This document shows positions 1 through 9,628 of a stretch of DNA of 64,000 nucleotides, piece by piece. Source of the DNA: an uncultured Oscillibacter sp. Its GTDB lineage: Bacteria > Bacillota > Clostridia > Oscillospirales > Oscillospiraceae. The first letter of the stretch is position 1, and the number at the start of each line of letters is the position of its first letter. Below the pieces are notes generated by a model. It was not told where the DNA came from. It was given only the letters and a program-made list of their open reading frames with translations, and searched no databases. Both the position numbers and the translations under genes were made by a program. The DNA lies in assembly GCF_910584465.1 (NCBI RefSeq), contig NZ_CAJUBK010000001.1, positions 116,852-180,851 of the forward strand. Reading direction: 5' to 3'.

Positions 1-773
1 AGGGCCTCAACAAGCTCATGCGGGCGGCGGGCATCAAGATTTTGGGGACGCGCCCCATCATCCCATCCACCTGCCAGAAATGCGCGGAGGTCAACCGCAG
101 CATTGGCCGCCCGGTCAACTGCGGGGCTTGCGGGAACAAGGATGTGAAATTCGAGGCCCGCATTTCCGTCCCCCAGCTTACCGGGGAGAGCATCGAGATC
201 GTCGCACACAAGGAGATCATCGTGCAGGACGTGACCGACGGCATGAGCGACGCGCAGCGCAAGGAATTTCTAAAGTTCCGCTCGGAAATGTGCGAGACCA
301 AGGCGATCAACCGGGCACTCCGGGCGGCCATGCACATCAAGAGCACCTACACCATCGAGGAGCTGCGCAAGCCCTTCGTGGTGGCCTACCTCGTCCCGAA
401 CCTCAACAACGAGGCCGTGAAAGCGGAGGCGATCAGGCACATGTTCACCTCGGCGCAGGAGCTTTACGGCGGCCACACGCCGGACGCTCGCAAGGCCATC
501 TTCGTCGAGGACGACGTGGAGGAGGGTATGGAGTACGAGGCCCCCGGCAAACCCATCACGGGAAGCCACGCCTACGAGGAGGCCCCGCCGGAGCCTCCCC
601 GCCAGCAGCAGCAGAGGCAGCAGCGGGCAGCGGAGACGGCCCCGGACTTCGACCCGACCATCTGTACCGAGTGCGGAGCCAAGTGCAGCAACGGCGTAGT
701 GAAGTACAGTCAGGAGCAGTACGGGCGGACGCTCTGTATGAACTGCCAGAGGAAGCAGGGAGGTAATCAGTAA
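1..773 (+). CDS. Phage protein with CxxC zinc-finger motifs, 5'-partial (possibly recombination-associated)
   Basis: Frame is open from the window edge; CQKC..CGAC and C-terminal CTEC..CMNC; stop overlaps the next ATG. Confidence 0.6.
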   Translation, partial: GLNKLMRAAGIKILGTRPIIPSTCQKCAEVNRSIGRPVNCGACGNKDVKFEARISVPQLTGESIEIVAHKEIIVQDVTDGMSDAQRKEFLKFRSEMCETKAINRALRAAMHIKSTYTIEELRKPFVVAYLVPNLNNEAVKAEAIRHMFTSAQELYGGHTPDARKAIFVEDDVEEGMEYEAPGKPITGSHAYEEAPPEPPRQQQQRQQRAAETAPDFDPTICTECGAKCSNGVVKYSQEQYGRTLCMNCQRKQGGNQ

Positions 774-3700
774 TGGGAATCAAGGTTTTACATACGGGAG
801 ACCTGCACATCGGCAACTTCCCCGGCCCGGAGAAGGACGGCGAGAACGCCCGTTTCCTCGACATCTGCCAGTGCCTCGACGCGCTGGTGGCCGGGGCGCG
901 AGAGCAGCAGCCGGACATTGCGGTTATCGCCGGAGACATCTTCCATCAGGCGCGGGTATGGAGCGACCGGGGCCTCAAGGAGCAGCAGACGGCGGTGAGC
1001 TTCCTCCGGGAGCTTTCTTTCATCTGCCCGGTGGTCGTCATGCGGGGCACCCCGAACCACGACAGCGCGGAGCAGTTCGCCACGCTGACAAGTACCTTCG
1101 CGTTCGACAACCGGGTACAGATCATCACCGAGCCGGGGGTACACCTCGTCAAGGGGAACAGTGGCGGATGGTTGAATGTCGCCTGCGTCCCCGGATTTGA
1201 CCGGGGGTACTACCGGGCGCAGCACCCCGGCCTCTCCTCAGAGGAGGAGAACGAGGTGTTCACCAAGGCCATTGAGGACATCATCATCGGTCTCAAGGCC
1301 AAATGCGAGCCGGGGATTCCCTCGGTGCTGATGGGGCACTTCACCATCACCGGGGCCAACATGGAGAGCGGGCAGACGGCGTTCTTCTCCCAGTTTGAGC
1401 CTGTGGTCTACCCGGACACCCTCACGGCGGCGGACTTCGACCTCGTTTGCTTCGGCCACATCCACCGCCCGCAGCAGCTCGACGGCTGCAAAAACACCTT
1501 CTACTGCGGGGCCGTCTCCCAGCTAAATTTCAACGACGAGGGGCAGGAGAGGGGCTACTACATCCACGGCATCGACGACGGGGCCGTGGTCTCCAACTTC
1601 CACCAACTCCCGACACGGGAACACCTCACCATCCGTCTGAACGACGAGGACATCGGGGAGATCACCAGCACGGGCGACTGGCTCTTTACCGAGCCGCTTC
1701 TCAAGTATCAGGAGGAGGCCAAGGACAAGATCGTGCGCGTCCTCTACGACTGCACCGACGAGCATAACAAGGCGTTCAACCATGGCACCCTCGAAAGCTG
1801 GCTGCGGGATGTGGCCGGGGCTTTTTGGGTGCAGGAGATCACCCCGCAGAAAATCACCATCACGGTAGACCGCCAGAGCATGGACGCAGACGGTACCCCG
1901 GAGAGCAACCTCACGGACTACCTCACCGAGAAGGGCATGGAGCCGGAGCGCGTCGGAGAGCTGGTGGAGCTGGCCCGGCCCATTATCTCGGAGGCTACGG
2001 AGCGGGCCACGGCGGAACGGCACACGGGGTTATTCGTCCCGGTGGAGATTGAGGTCAAGAACTACCGCAACTACCGGGAGGAGAAATTCAGCTTCGACCC
2101 CATCCGCTTCTGCACCATCAACGGCAGCAACGGCGTAGGAAAGAGCAGCCTTTTCATGGACGCTATGCTTGACGCTCTTTTCGAGGAGCCGCGAGAGGGC
2201 GAGCTGACGGGCTGGATTTGCAATGACCCGGAGGCCCGGAGCGGGGCCATCAAGTTCACCTTCAAGCTGGGCGACCGCCTCTACCGGGTGACGCGCACCC
2301 GCATGAAAAGCGGCAAGGCCACCATCAATATCGCGGAGCTGGTGGACGGCGAGTGGGCCGACCGCTCCAAGGAGAAGATCAAGGACACACAGCAGGAAAT
2401 CGAGAACATCATCGGCATGGACAGCCTCACCCTCAAGGCCTGCGCCCTTATCATGCAAGACCAGTACGGCCTCTTTTTGCAGGCCGACAAAGAAGCCCGC
2501 ATGAACATCCTCGGCAGCATTTTGGGGCTGGGTATCTACGCGGGCATGGAGGAGCTGGCGGCGGAGCGGGCAACCGATACCAACCGGGCCGTCCGCAGCC
2601 TCATGGACAAGGCGGAGGCGATCACCGCAGGGCTGCCCGACCGGGCGGAGCTGGAAGCTCAAATCGCCTATCAGGAGCAGAGCCGACAGAACTATGAGGC
2701 GGGGGCGCAGGAAAAGGCGGCAGCCGTAGACGGCCTCAAGGTCAAGCTCAACACGCAGCTCGAAGCGGCTGGCCGGGTAATGCGGCTCAACAGCAAGATA
2801 ACCACCCTCACGGGCCAGAAAGCCACCAAGGAGGCCACCAAGACCTCGCAGGTAGGGATTATCACGGCGGCAGACACCATCCTCGCGGCGGAGGCGGAAA
2901 TCACCGCAGGCGTGGCGAGTTACAACGCCCTGTTGGAGCGCGAGAAGGAGCTGATTGGAGGCAAGGCGACCTACGACAGCCTTATTTCCCGGAAAGGGCA
3001 GCTTATCGACGCGATCAATCAGGCTGACTACACAGCGGCAGAGGCGAGAAGGAAGAAAGCCGCCGTCACCGCAAAGACTACATCGGTGGCGCAGGCCCTC
3101 TACCGTGAAGCGGAGCTGGCCGGGAAGCACACCGAGTACACGGTCAAGGCCCAGCGGCTCGCGGAGCAGGAGAGCCATGAGACCGAGTACAGGAAAGCGG
3201 AGCAGGAGGCGGCGCTGGCACAGGCGGAGGTGGATAAGCTCGACCGGGAACACAAAACGGTCGTTTGGCAGGCGGAGCAGCAGCTCTCCTCCCTCAAGGA
3301 TAAGGCCGCCATGCTGGAAAACAGCGGGTGCCCGGACGTTGAGCGGGCTACCTGCAAATTCCTCAAGGACGCGCTCGCGGCCAGAAATTATATCCCGGAG
3401 AAGGAGGCTCAGCTCGCAAGGCTTGAGGAGGAGTACCAGAAAGGCCGTCAGGCGGCCCTCGAAGCCCTCTCTCTGGCGCAGACGGCCTTGGCCGACAGTT
3501 TATACCACCCGGAGGAAGTCGCCTCTTTGCGGGCCTCTCTGCGCTCCCTCGAAGCCGCAGAGCGGGAGTACCAGAACCTCGCCGCGCAGCGGAGCGAGCT
3601 GAAGCTCTTGGAGGAGCGGGCAGCGGAGCTGGCAAAGGCTGTATCAGACGCGGAGGACACGGCGGCGAAGAACCGGGAGGAGCTGGCGGCGGTAGAGAAG

Positions 3701-4636
3701 CAGATCACCAGCGCGGAGACGGCCAATGCGAGCTACACGCGCCTGCAATCCGAAATCGCCGTGGCCCGGCTTTGGCTGGACAAGGAGAAGCAACTCCCCG
3801 TGGCGCGGGAGCAAAAGTCGGCGGCGGCGCAGCGCGTCCTTGAGCTGGGCGAGGAGATCGAGGCCATCGAGAAGGAGATCACCGAGGCCCGGACAGAGCT
3901 GGCGGTGGAGCAGAGCAAGACCGTCGGCAGGGAGGAGCTGCAAGCGCAGGTTGACAGGGCGGAGGCCGAAATCAGGAGCTTGCAGGAGGCGGCGCGGAGC
4001 GCGGACATTGCGCTGGGCGGCCTCAAGGCACAGATGGAGCAGGCGGAAAAGAAGCTGGCGGAGGCGGCGGAGCTGCAAGAGCAGGTCAACGCGCAGTCGG
4101 TCAAGGCCGCCGGATACGAGGAGCTGAAAAAGGCGTTCTCGCAGGACGGCATACCCCACAACATCATCCGCAGCATCATCCCCATCTTCGAGGCCACGGC
4201 CACCAATATCCTCGGCCAGATGTCGCAGGGACACATGAGCGTCGAGTTCGTCACCGAGAAGGTGCTCAAGAGCAACGCCAAGAAAGAGGTCACGACCCTC
4301 GACATCATCATCAACGACAGCGACACCGGGCGGCTCCCGTACATGAGCCGGAGCGGCGGAGAGCGCGTCAAAGCGGCCCTCTCGGTCATTCTGGCACTCT
4401 CGGAGATCAAGAGCAGCAAGGCCGGGGTGCAGCTCGGATTCTTGTTCATCGACGAGCCGCCCTTCCTCGACTCGCCCGGTGTACAAGCCTACTGCGACGC
4501 GCTGGAAGCCATTCAGCAGCGGTACGGCAGCCTCAAGGTCATGGCGATCACCCACGACCCGGCCATGAAGTCGAGATTCCCGCAGAGCGTGGACGTGGTG
4601 AAGACCGCAGAGGGCAGCAAGGTCATTTACGAGTAA
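773..4636 (+). CDS. SbcD/Mre11 metallophosphoesterase fused to SbcC/Rad50 SMC-type ATPase
   Basis: GDLH, AGD, GTPNHD and FGHIH phosphoesterase motifs; Walker A GSNGVGKS, long coiled coil, signature SGGE, Walker B FLFIDEP, H-loop ITHD. Confidence 0.9.
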   Translation: MGIKVLHTGDLHIGNFPGPEKDGENARFLDICQCLDALVAGAREQQPDIAVIAGDIFHQARVWSDRGLKEQQTAVSFLRELSFICPVVVMRGTPNHDSAEQFATLTSTFAFDNRVQIITEPGVHLVKGNSGGWLNVACVPGFDRGYYRAQHPGLSSEEENEVFTKAIEDIIIGLKAKCEPGIPSVLMGHFTITGANMESGQTAFFSQFEPVVYPDTLTAADFDLVCFGHIHRPQQLDGCKNTFYCGAVSQLNFNDEGQERGYYIHGIDDGAVVSNFHQLPTREHLTIRLNDEDIGEITSTGDWLFTEPLLKYQEEAKDKIVRVLYDCTDEHNKAFNHGTLESWLRDVAGAFWVQEITPQKITITVDRQSMDADGTPESNLTDYLTEKGMEPERVGELVELARPIISEATERATAERHTGLFVPVEIEVKNYRNYREEKFSFDPIRFCTINGSNGVGKSSLFMDAMLDALFEEPREGELTGWICNDPEARSGAIKFTFKLGDRLYRVTRTRMKSGKATINIAELVDGEWADRSKEKIKDTQQEIENIIGMDSLTLKACALIMQDQYGLFLQADKEARMNILGSILGLGIYAGMEELAAERATDTNRAVRSLMDKAEAITAGLPDRAELEAQIAYQEQSRQNYEAGAQEKAAAVDGLKVKLNTQLEAAGRVMRLNSKITTLTGQKATKEATKTSQVGIITAADTILAAEAEITAGVASYNALLEREKELIGGKATYDSLISRKGQLIDAINQADYTAAEARRKKAAVTAKTTSVAQALYREAELAGKHTEYTVKAQRLAEQESHETEYRKAEQEAALAQAEVDKLDREHKTVVWQAEQQLSSLKDKAAMLENSGCPDVERATCKFLKDALAARNYIPEKEAQLARLEEEYQKGRQAALEALSLAQTALADSLYHPEEVASLRASLRSLEAAEREYQNLAAQRSELKLLEERAAELAKAVSDAEDTAAKNREELAAVEKQITSAETANASYTRLQSEIAVARLWLDKEKQLPVAREQKSAAAQRVLELGEEIEAIEKEITEARTELAVEQSKTVGREELQAQVDRAEAEIRSLQEAARSADIALGGLKAQMEQAEKKLAEAAELQEQVNAQSVKAAGYEELKKAFSQDGIPHNIIRSIIPIFEATATNILGQMSQGHMSVEFVTEKVLKSNAKKEVTTLDIIINDSDTGRLPYMSRSGGERVKAALSVILALSEIKSSKAGVQLGFLFIDEPPFLDSPGVQAYCDALEAIQQRYGSLKVMAITHDPAMKSRFPQSVDVVKTAEGSKVIYE

Positions 4637-4695
4637 TAACCGGGGCTATCCGGGGTGAAAATCCCCGGATATGCCCGGAAAAGGAGGTGTAGTCG

Positions 4696-5535
4696 TTGGG
4701 ACGACCGCGCAAGCAGACGGTTGACTATTTCCCGCACTTTGTCAGTACGGACAGCCGGACGCGATTTATTCTTGAGCAGAACTGGGGCAACGACGGGTAC
4801 GCCTTTTGGTTTAAGCTCCTTGAGCTGCTGTGCCGGAGCGAGGGGCACTACTACGACCTCTCGGAGGCCGCCAACGGGAAATACCTTGAGGCCCTGATGA
4901 AGGTGGACGCAGAGACGGCCAGCAATATACTCGACACGCTGGCAGACCTCGGGAACATCGACAGAGACCTATGGGAGGAGCGGAAAGTCGTCTGGTGCCA
5001 GAGCCTCGTGGACAACCTACAGGACGTTTACTCCAAGCGGACGGTCTCGGCCCCGGTGCGGCCCTTTACAGAGGGCCAGCCGGAGGAAGACCCGGAGCCG
5101 GAGCCGCCCGCGAGGAAGCGGGGGAGGCCCCCGAAGCCGCAGGAGGGCAGCCAGGGCAGCCAACGGGGGGTATGCGACGAGGTTGCGGCGCTCTACAACG
5201 AAATCTGTGTCTCATTCCCTCGGCTTAGAAGTCTCTCGGAGGCCCGGAGAAAGGCGATCAAAGCGCGGCTGGCGAACGGCTATACGGTCGAGAGCTTCAA
5301 AGAGCTTTTCCAAAAGGCGGAGGCCAGCAGCTTCTTGAAGGGCCAGAACGACAGGAATTGGCAGGCGACCTTCGATTGGCTGGTTAAGGACAGCAACATG
5401 GCGAAGGTCATTGACGGGAATTACTCAGACGAAAGAGGTATCAGCTATGGGACTGGAACCAATAGGGGCGGTGCTGGCGGCCAGCCAACAGCCCCCGGAG
5501 CCTTCAAACCGTCGGGAGGCTTCAAAGGACAATAA
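4696..5535 (+). CDS. Phage replication initiator (DUF4373/Lin1244-like N-terminus)
   Basis: GRPRKQTVDYFPH start, GYAFWFKLLE, C-terminal WQATFDWL; RBS AGGAGG; sits upstream of a DnaC-like gene. Confidence 0.8.
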   Translation: MGRPRKQTVDYFPHFVSTDSRTRFILEQNWGNDGYAFWFKLLELLCRSEGHYYDLSEAANGKYLEALMKVDAETASNILDTLADLGNIDRDLWEERKVVWCQSLVDNLQDVYSKRTVSAPVRPFTEGQPEEDPEPEPPARKRGRPPKPQEGSQGSQRGVCDEVAALYNEICVSFPRLRSLSEARRKAIKARLANGYTVESFKELFQKAEASSFLKGQNDRNWQATFDWLVKDSNMAKVIDGNYSDERGISYGTGTNRGGAGGQPTAPGAFKPSGGFKGQ

Positions 5536-6412
5536 CAACTTCATCACGCCGACACAGGCGCAGGAGCGCGGTATTCACTGGAAGCAGCCTCCCCCGGCGA
5601 CGGGGAAGTGCGAATACTGCGGGAAGACGCTGGAACCCCGTGGGCTGGTGTTCGGCGACACGATAGCCATTTGGAACCCGGTACTCCCGCGCTGCGACTG
5701 CGAGCAGGCGACGGCATACTGGCAGGAGCAGGACAGGCAGGCGGCAGAGGAGGCCCAGCGTGAAGCGGAGATCAAACGCCGGAGGGCCATGCAGAGGAGG
5801 GTAGAACAGCTCCTCGGACAGAGCGGCATCAAGAAGCGCTTCCAGCAGCGGACATTCCCGAACTTCCGCACAGACACGCCGGGGCGCAAGAAAAACTATG
5901 GGATAGCCAAGGAGTACGCAGACAACTGGGTCTACCATCAGGCCAGAGGCGACGGCCTCTACATAGAGGGCACCAACGGCACAGGCAAGACGCACCTCGC
6001 GGCAGCCATAGCCCTACAGCTTATCCATGAGGGTGTCCCCGTGATATGCAAGACCTCAAGCGACCTCCTCCTCGACATCAAGAAGTCGTTCGACGGCGAC
6101 GGAATGAGGGAGAGCGACGTGCTGGACATCTACAAGAGGGTGGATTTGCTTATCATCGACGACCTCGGGAAGGAGCAATGCAGCGATTGGAGCATGAGTA
6201 CGCTCTACTCCATCCTCAACGACCGCTATGAGGATATGAAGCCCACCATCGTCACCACCAACTACAACGCCGACGCGCTCGTGGCGGCGCTCACCCCGAA
6301 AGGCTTCGACAACACCAAAATCGTGGCGATCATCAGCCGCCTCCGGGAGGTCAGCACCGTTATGACGATGGCGTGGGCGGACATCCGAGGGAAGGAGGAG
6401 ACGCAGCCGTGA
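5447..6412 (+). CDS. DnaC/IstB-like helicase loader ATPase
   Basis: Walker A GTNGTGKT, Walker B LLIIDDLG, IVTTN, SRL; N-terminal Cys motif. Confidence 0.88.
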   Translation: MGLEPIGAVLAASQQPPEPSNRREASKDNNNFITPTQAQERGIHWKQPPPATGKCEYCGKTLEPRGLVFGDTIAIWNPVLPRCDCEQATAYWQEQDRQAAEEAQREAEIKRRRAMQRRVEQLLGQSGIKKRFQQRTFPNFRTDTPGRKKNYGIAKEYADNWVYHQARGDGLYIEGTNGTGKTHLAAAIALQLIHEGVPVICKTSSDLLLDIKKSFDGDGMRESDVLDIYKRVDLLIIDDLGKEQCSDWSMSTLYSILNDRYEDMKPTIVTTNYNADALVAALTPKGFDNTKIVAIISRLREVSTVMTMAWADIRGKEETQP

Positions 6413-6432
6413 CTACGGAGAGGAGGACGCAC

Positions 6433-6630
6433 ATGGACAAGCAGCCGGAGAGCGAGGTATTCACCATCCCGGCCCGGCGCTGTAAGCGGTGCGGCGGCCT
6501 CCTCACCAGCGCACAGGCCATCAAGGACGGCTACGGGAGCTGCTGCCTGCGGAAGGTACGGCAGGAGGCGCGAGCCAAGGAACAGCTCAAGAATCAGTGC
6601 AGCCTATTTGACGAGGAGGAGAACCAGTGA
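6433..6630 (+). CDS. Small zinc-finger protein (DUF6011-like)
   Basis: CKRCGGLLT..S...GYGSCC; RBS AGGAGG. Confidence 0.6.
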   Translation: MDKQPESEVFTIPARRCKRCGGLLTSAQAIKDGYGSCCLRKVRQEARAKEQLKNQCSLFDEEENQ

Positions 6631-6959
6631 ATGACATATACCGGGACATCTGCGAAAAACTCGATTGGAGCGTCACCGACACCGGGGACGGCAACATTGA
6701 GCTTGAGAAGTACAGTCCAGCCGGGGAGGACTTTATTATCACCGTCGGCGCGGAGAACTTCGTGGACAACGTAAAAGCCTATGCCGCCAGCTTCGACAAG
6801 GACGAGCATATCGAAATGTGGATTGAGGCCCGGCGCAGCGGGACGAGAGGCGTACCATCCGCCCGCGAGCTGGTGGAGGACGCGCAGGCCATTGACGATA
6901 TGCTGCGGGAGCTGGCCTGTGCCCTCTTTGAGGCGGAGTTGGAGGCGGTGGGCGCATGA
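6627..6959 (+). CDS. Hypothetical phage protein
   Basis: RBS, overlaps with neighbours, phage codon usage. Confidence 0.6.
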   Translation: MNDIYRDICEKLDWSVTDTGDGNIELEKYSPAGEDFIITVGAENFVDNVKAYAASFDKDEHIEMWIEARRSGTRGVPSARELVEDAQAIDDMLRELACALFEAELEAVGA

Positions 6960-7150
6960 ACAAAGACGAGTTTAGGCAATGGATTTACGACAACTACAAC
7001 GTGCCGGGGAACAACTGCACTATGGCCCCGGATATGCTCGACGGCATACTCGAATGGGCGGAGAGCATGGAGCCGGAGGAGAAATACCGATTCTTCTGCG
7101 TTGTTTTCCCCGCATTGCCGGAAAGCGTTATCCGGCGCGTTGATTATTGA
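6956..7150 (+). CDS. Hypothetical phage protein
   Basis: ATGA overlap, RBS GGAGG. Confidence 0.55.
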   Translation: MNKDEFRQWIYDNYNVPGNNCTMAPDMLDGILEWAESMEPEEKYRFFCVVFPALPESVIRRVDY

Positions 7151-7160
7151 GGAGGCGGCC

Positions 7161-7322
7161 ATGCAGTACATGAGACTTACCAAGGGAGAGAAAGCACGGC
7201 ACCCCTCCATTCATCACACGGGCAGCGTCCGTGGCATGAAGAAAAACGGCGGCTGGGGGAAGAACGACCGCTGTGTACGCTGCGGGCAGTACATCTACAA
7301 TCTTTCCATCACGGTCAAATGA
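7161..7322 (+). CDS. Small basic protein with CxxC
   Basis: RBS GAGGAGG, ATG at 7161, CVRCG. Confidence 0.5.
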   Translation: MQYMRLTKGEKARHPSIHHTGSVRGMKKNGGWGKNDRCVRCGQYIYNLSITVK

Positions 7323-7338
7323 ACAGGAGGACGAAACA

Positions 7339-8154
7339 ATGGCACAGGTAAAAATCAAGGCCGGGGCAATCGAATTTACGGCAAATGGCGGCGCGGAGCT
7401 TATCGCGCAGGAGCGGGAGGCTTTTATCGGCTTCCTCAAGCACAAGATGGGGGAGGACATTCTGGCCGCCCAGCGGCGGCGCAAGGCGCAGCGGCTCCAT
7501 TCGGAGCCGGACGACACCATGAACGCCCGGCGCATCCTCACCTGCAACATCACCCCGGAGACGCTGAAATGGGCCATCAGGGAGGGGCGCTTGGACGGGA
7601 TTATCAAGCCATTCGACGAGATCGACATCCCCCTCGACACGGGCGGCACCGTCACGGCGGTATGCGGCTACAGCGACAGTTGTGCGGCCCGGTTTGTCCT
7701 CAAGGACTGCTGGGACGAGGCCGTGATGAACGAGGAGGCCACCAATAAGGGCGGCTACTTCAAGAGCAAGGGCCGGGCGCACGTCCTCGTTGACATCCTC
7801 CCCCATATCGCGCAGGAGTGGCGGGCCATCTTCAAGCCGCGCAAAATGGCGGAGATCATCGACGGGGAGCGGGTGGAGTACGAAGACCTTATGTGGCTCC
7901 CCTCTGCCACCGACGTATTTGGCCCCTCGGAAAACGGCTGGTGGAAGGACGAGGACGACAGCTTCCGGCTCGCCATCTTCGACAGGGAGCGCGACCGCGT
8001 GAAGGAGTGTGGGGACAACGGGACGTACCCGTACTGGCTCCGCTCGGTCGGTGCGGGCTCCGCGAACTACTTCTGCCGTGTCGACACGTGCGGCGGCGCG
8101 AGCAGCTACTACGCCTACTACTCGATTGGCTTCGCGCCGGGCTTTGACATCTAA
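7339..8154 (+). CDS. DGR target protein 2 (remote; C-terminal variable domain of DUF6273/C-type-lectin-like type)
   Basis: RBS AGGAGG; C-terminus WLRS...GFAPGF matches TR; MN..TNKGGY and WLPS..DV motifs are shared with the tail-fibre C-terminal domain. Confidence 0.9.
   Translation: MAQVKIKAGAIEFTANGGAELIAQEREAFIGFLKHKMGEDILAAQRRRKAQRLHSEPDDTMNARRILTCNITPETLKWAIREGRLDGIIKPFDEIDIPLDTGGTVTAVCGYSDSCAARFVLKDCWDEAVMNEEATNKGGYFKSKGRAHVLVDILPHIAQEWRAIFKPRKMAEIIDGERVEYEDLMWLPSATDVFGPSENGWWKDEDDSFRLAIFDRERDRVKECGDNGTYPYWLRSVGAGSANYFCRVDTCGGASSYYAYYSIGFAPGFDI
8035..8145 (+). repeat. DGR variable repeat VR2
   Basis: 111 bp ungapped match to TR 45742-45852; 17 mismatches, all at TR adenines. Confidence 0.96.
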
Positions 8155-8194
8155 TCGAAAATCGACAGAATCCCCGGCGCGAAAGCGCCGGGGA
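8151..8194 (+). promoter_or_regulatory. IMH-like motif plus GC hairpin downstream of VR2
   Basis: CTAATCGAAAATCGAC then perfect stem TCCCCGGCGC-GAAA-GCGCCGGGGA. Confidence 0.75.
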
Positions 8195-8213
8195 GGAGAA
8201 AGGAGCGAACCAC

Positions 8214-8666
8214 ATGGACGAAATCGGAATCTGCAAGGCGGCACTCAAACAGTGGGGGCCGGACGCGCAGACGCTCATGGTATTCGAGGAAATGAGCGAG
8301 CTGCAAAAGGAGCTGTGCAAGGCCGCGAGGGGCAAGCAGAACAAGGACGCTATCGCGGAGGAGATCGCCGACGTTTACATCATGCTCACGCAGATGATTC
8401 TCCTCCACAAGTGCGCGGAGGAGGTCGAGGAGCAGAAAGCCCGGAAGCTGGAACGCCTCGAAGCCCGGATTGCCGAGGCGCAGGAGACCACGGGCCGGGA
8501 CTACGACGAGCAGGACAAGCATTGCCGGGAGTGCATCTGCCCCTCCTGCGACATTTTCAAGACGGCGGACTGCCTTTACGGGCCTGACGGCTGCAAGAAG
8601 TGTGAGCCGGATTCTCACGTCGGGCATTGCTGGTGGCACCCGGAAGAGAGGGGAGAGCAGGAATGA
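8214..8666 (+). CDS. MazG-like NTP pyrophosphohydrolase with Cys-rich tail
   Basis: EEMSEL..ELCK and EEIADV motifs. Confidence 0.7.
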   Translation: MDEIGICKAALKQWGPDAQTLMVFEEMSELQKELCKAARGKQNKDAIAEEIADVYIMLTQMILLHKCAEEVEEQKARKLERLEARIAEAQETTGRDYDEQDKHCRECICPSCDIFKTADCLYGPDGCKKCEPDSHVGHCWWHPEERGEQE

Positions 8667-8854
8667 GGCTCGGTGACGCTATCAGGATTTTTGCGGACAT
8701 CGACAGCGAGGAATACACCGACGAGCAGAAAGGGGCGGCCATACTCGCAGTTATAGGAATGGAGACGCACAACAGCATCAAAAAGACTGCTATGCTCAAG
8801 GTTATCCGCTACCTACTCAACCTTGCTTTCGAGGTGCCGGAGGGCGGGGGATGA
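8663..8854 (+). CDS. Hypothetical phage protein
   Basis: ATGA overlaps on both sides. Confidence 0.5.
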   Translation: MRLGDAIRIFADIDSEEYTDEQKGAAILAVIGMETHNSIKKTAMLKVIRYLLNLAFEVPEGGG

Positions 8855-9069
8855 AGGTTTTCAGCGCAGCGGCTTTCCTTGCCTCGGAGAGTGGGAAGCA
8901 CCTCAAAACGATTCTCGGCGGTCACATCAGTCTCTTGGACGGCAGGCAGGTACAGGAAACCGGGGATGGATTTGGGCGGATAGATTATGAGGCAGACGGC
9001 CAGAGCTGGGAGCTGTACCCGGTTATGCCGGAGTGGTGCGCAGAGGACACGCAGGAGCGGCTATTTTGA
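8851..9069 (+). CDS. Hypothetical phage protein
   Basis: Coupled ORF ending QERLF. Confidence 0.5.
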   Translation: MKVFSAAAFLASESGKHLKTILGGHISLLDGRQVQETGDGFGRIDYEADGQSWELYPVMPEWCAEDTQERLF

Positions 9070-9081
9070 CGGGAGGCAACT

Positions 9082-9291
9082 ATGTATAAAAATTCGGAGG
9101 GCTACCCCGACCCGACCGCAGGCGCGGCCTACAGCGCCATCCGGCAGGAGGAGCGTCAGCGGGAGGCAGACCGTCTCGCTGCAATCAGCGCCCTTATCCC
9201 GGTTATGAAGGGAGCGGCGGAGCTGGCGGGCTTCGAGGTGGTCGGCAGGATTACCCTCAAGGACAAGGCCACAGGAAAGGAGTACAGATAG
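9082..9291 (+). CDS. Hypothetical phage protein (NSEGYPDPTA type)
   Basis: RBS GGAGG; N-terminal motif typical of Firmicutes phage early genes. Confidence 0.6.
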   Translation: MYKNSEGYPDPTAGAAYSAIRQEERQREADRLAAISALIPVMKGAAELAGFEVVGRITLKDKATGKEYR

Positions 9292-9308
9292 GAAGGAGGC
9301 CAGCGTGA

Positions 9309-9626
9309 GTGAAAGCCTATGTAGCGTGGGACAATGCGGCGCTGGAAAACTACGAAACCATTGTTTTCGCAGAAAACGCGAGAGAGGCCAAGAAAATCGC
9401 CTTTACCTGCGACGTTTGCGAAAACGCGGACTATATACAAGTCCGGGTGAAGCGCCTGCCGGAGGCGGACAAGCTCTACAAGGGCCACCCGGAAATCGAC
9501 TGGTGGGACGAGGAGACACGGCTGGCGCTCGTAAAAGAGCTGGGATGGGCCTGCGAGGACACCTCCTATGAGTGCGACACCTGCATCGCCAAGGGATATT
9601 GCAGCCATTGGGAGGAGGACGAGTAG
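9309..9626 (+). CDS. Hypothetical phage protein
   Basis: RBS, GTG start, Cys-rich C-terminus. Confidence 0.55.
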   Translation: MKAYVAWDNAALENYETIVFAENAREAKKIAFTCDVCENADYIQVRVKRLPEADKLYKGHPEIDWWDEETRLALVKELGWACEDTSYECDTCIAKGYCSHWEEDE

Positions 9627-9628
9627 CC

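Noticed and set aside
8171..8194. Hairpin as an intrinsic terminator
   Set aside because: No U-tract; it runs into the next RBS and mirrors the VR1 hairpin.
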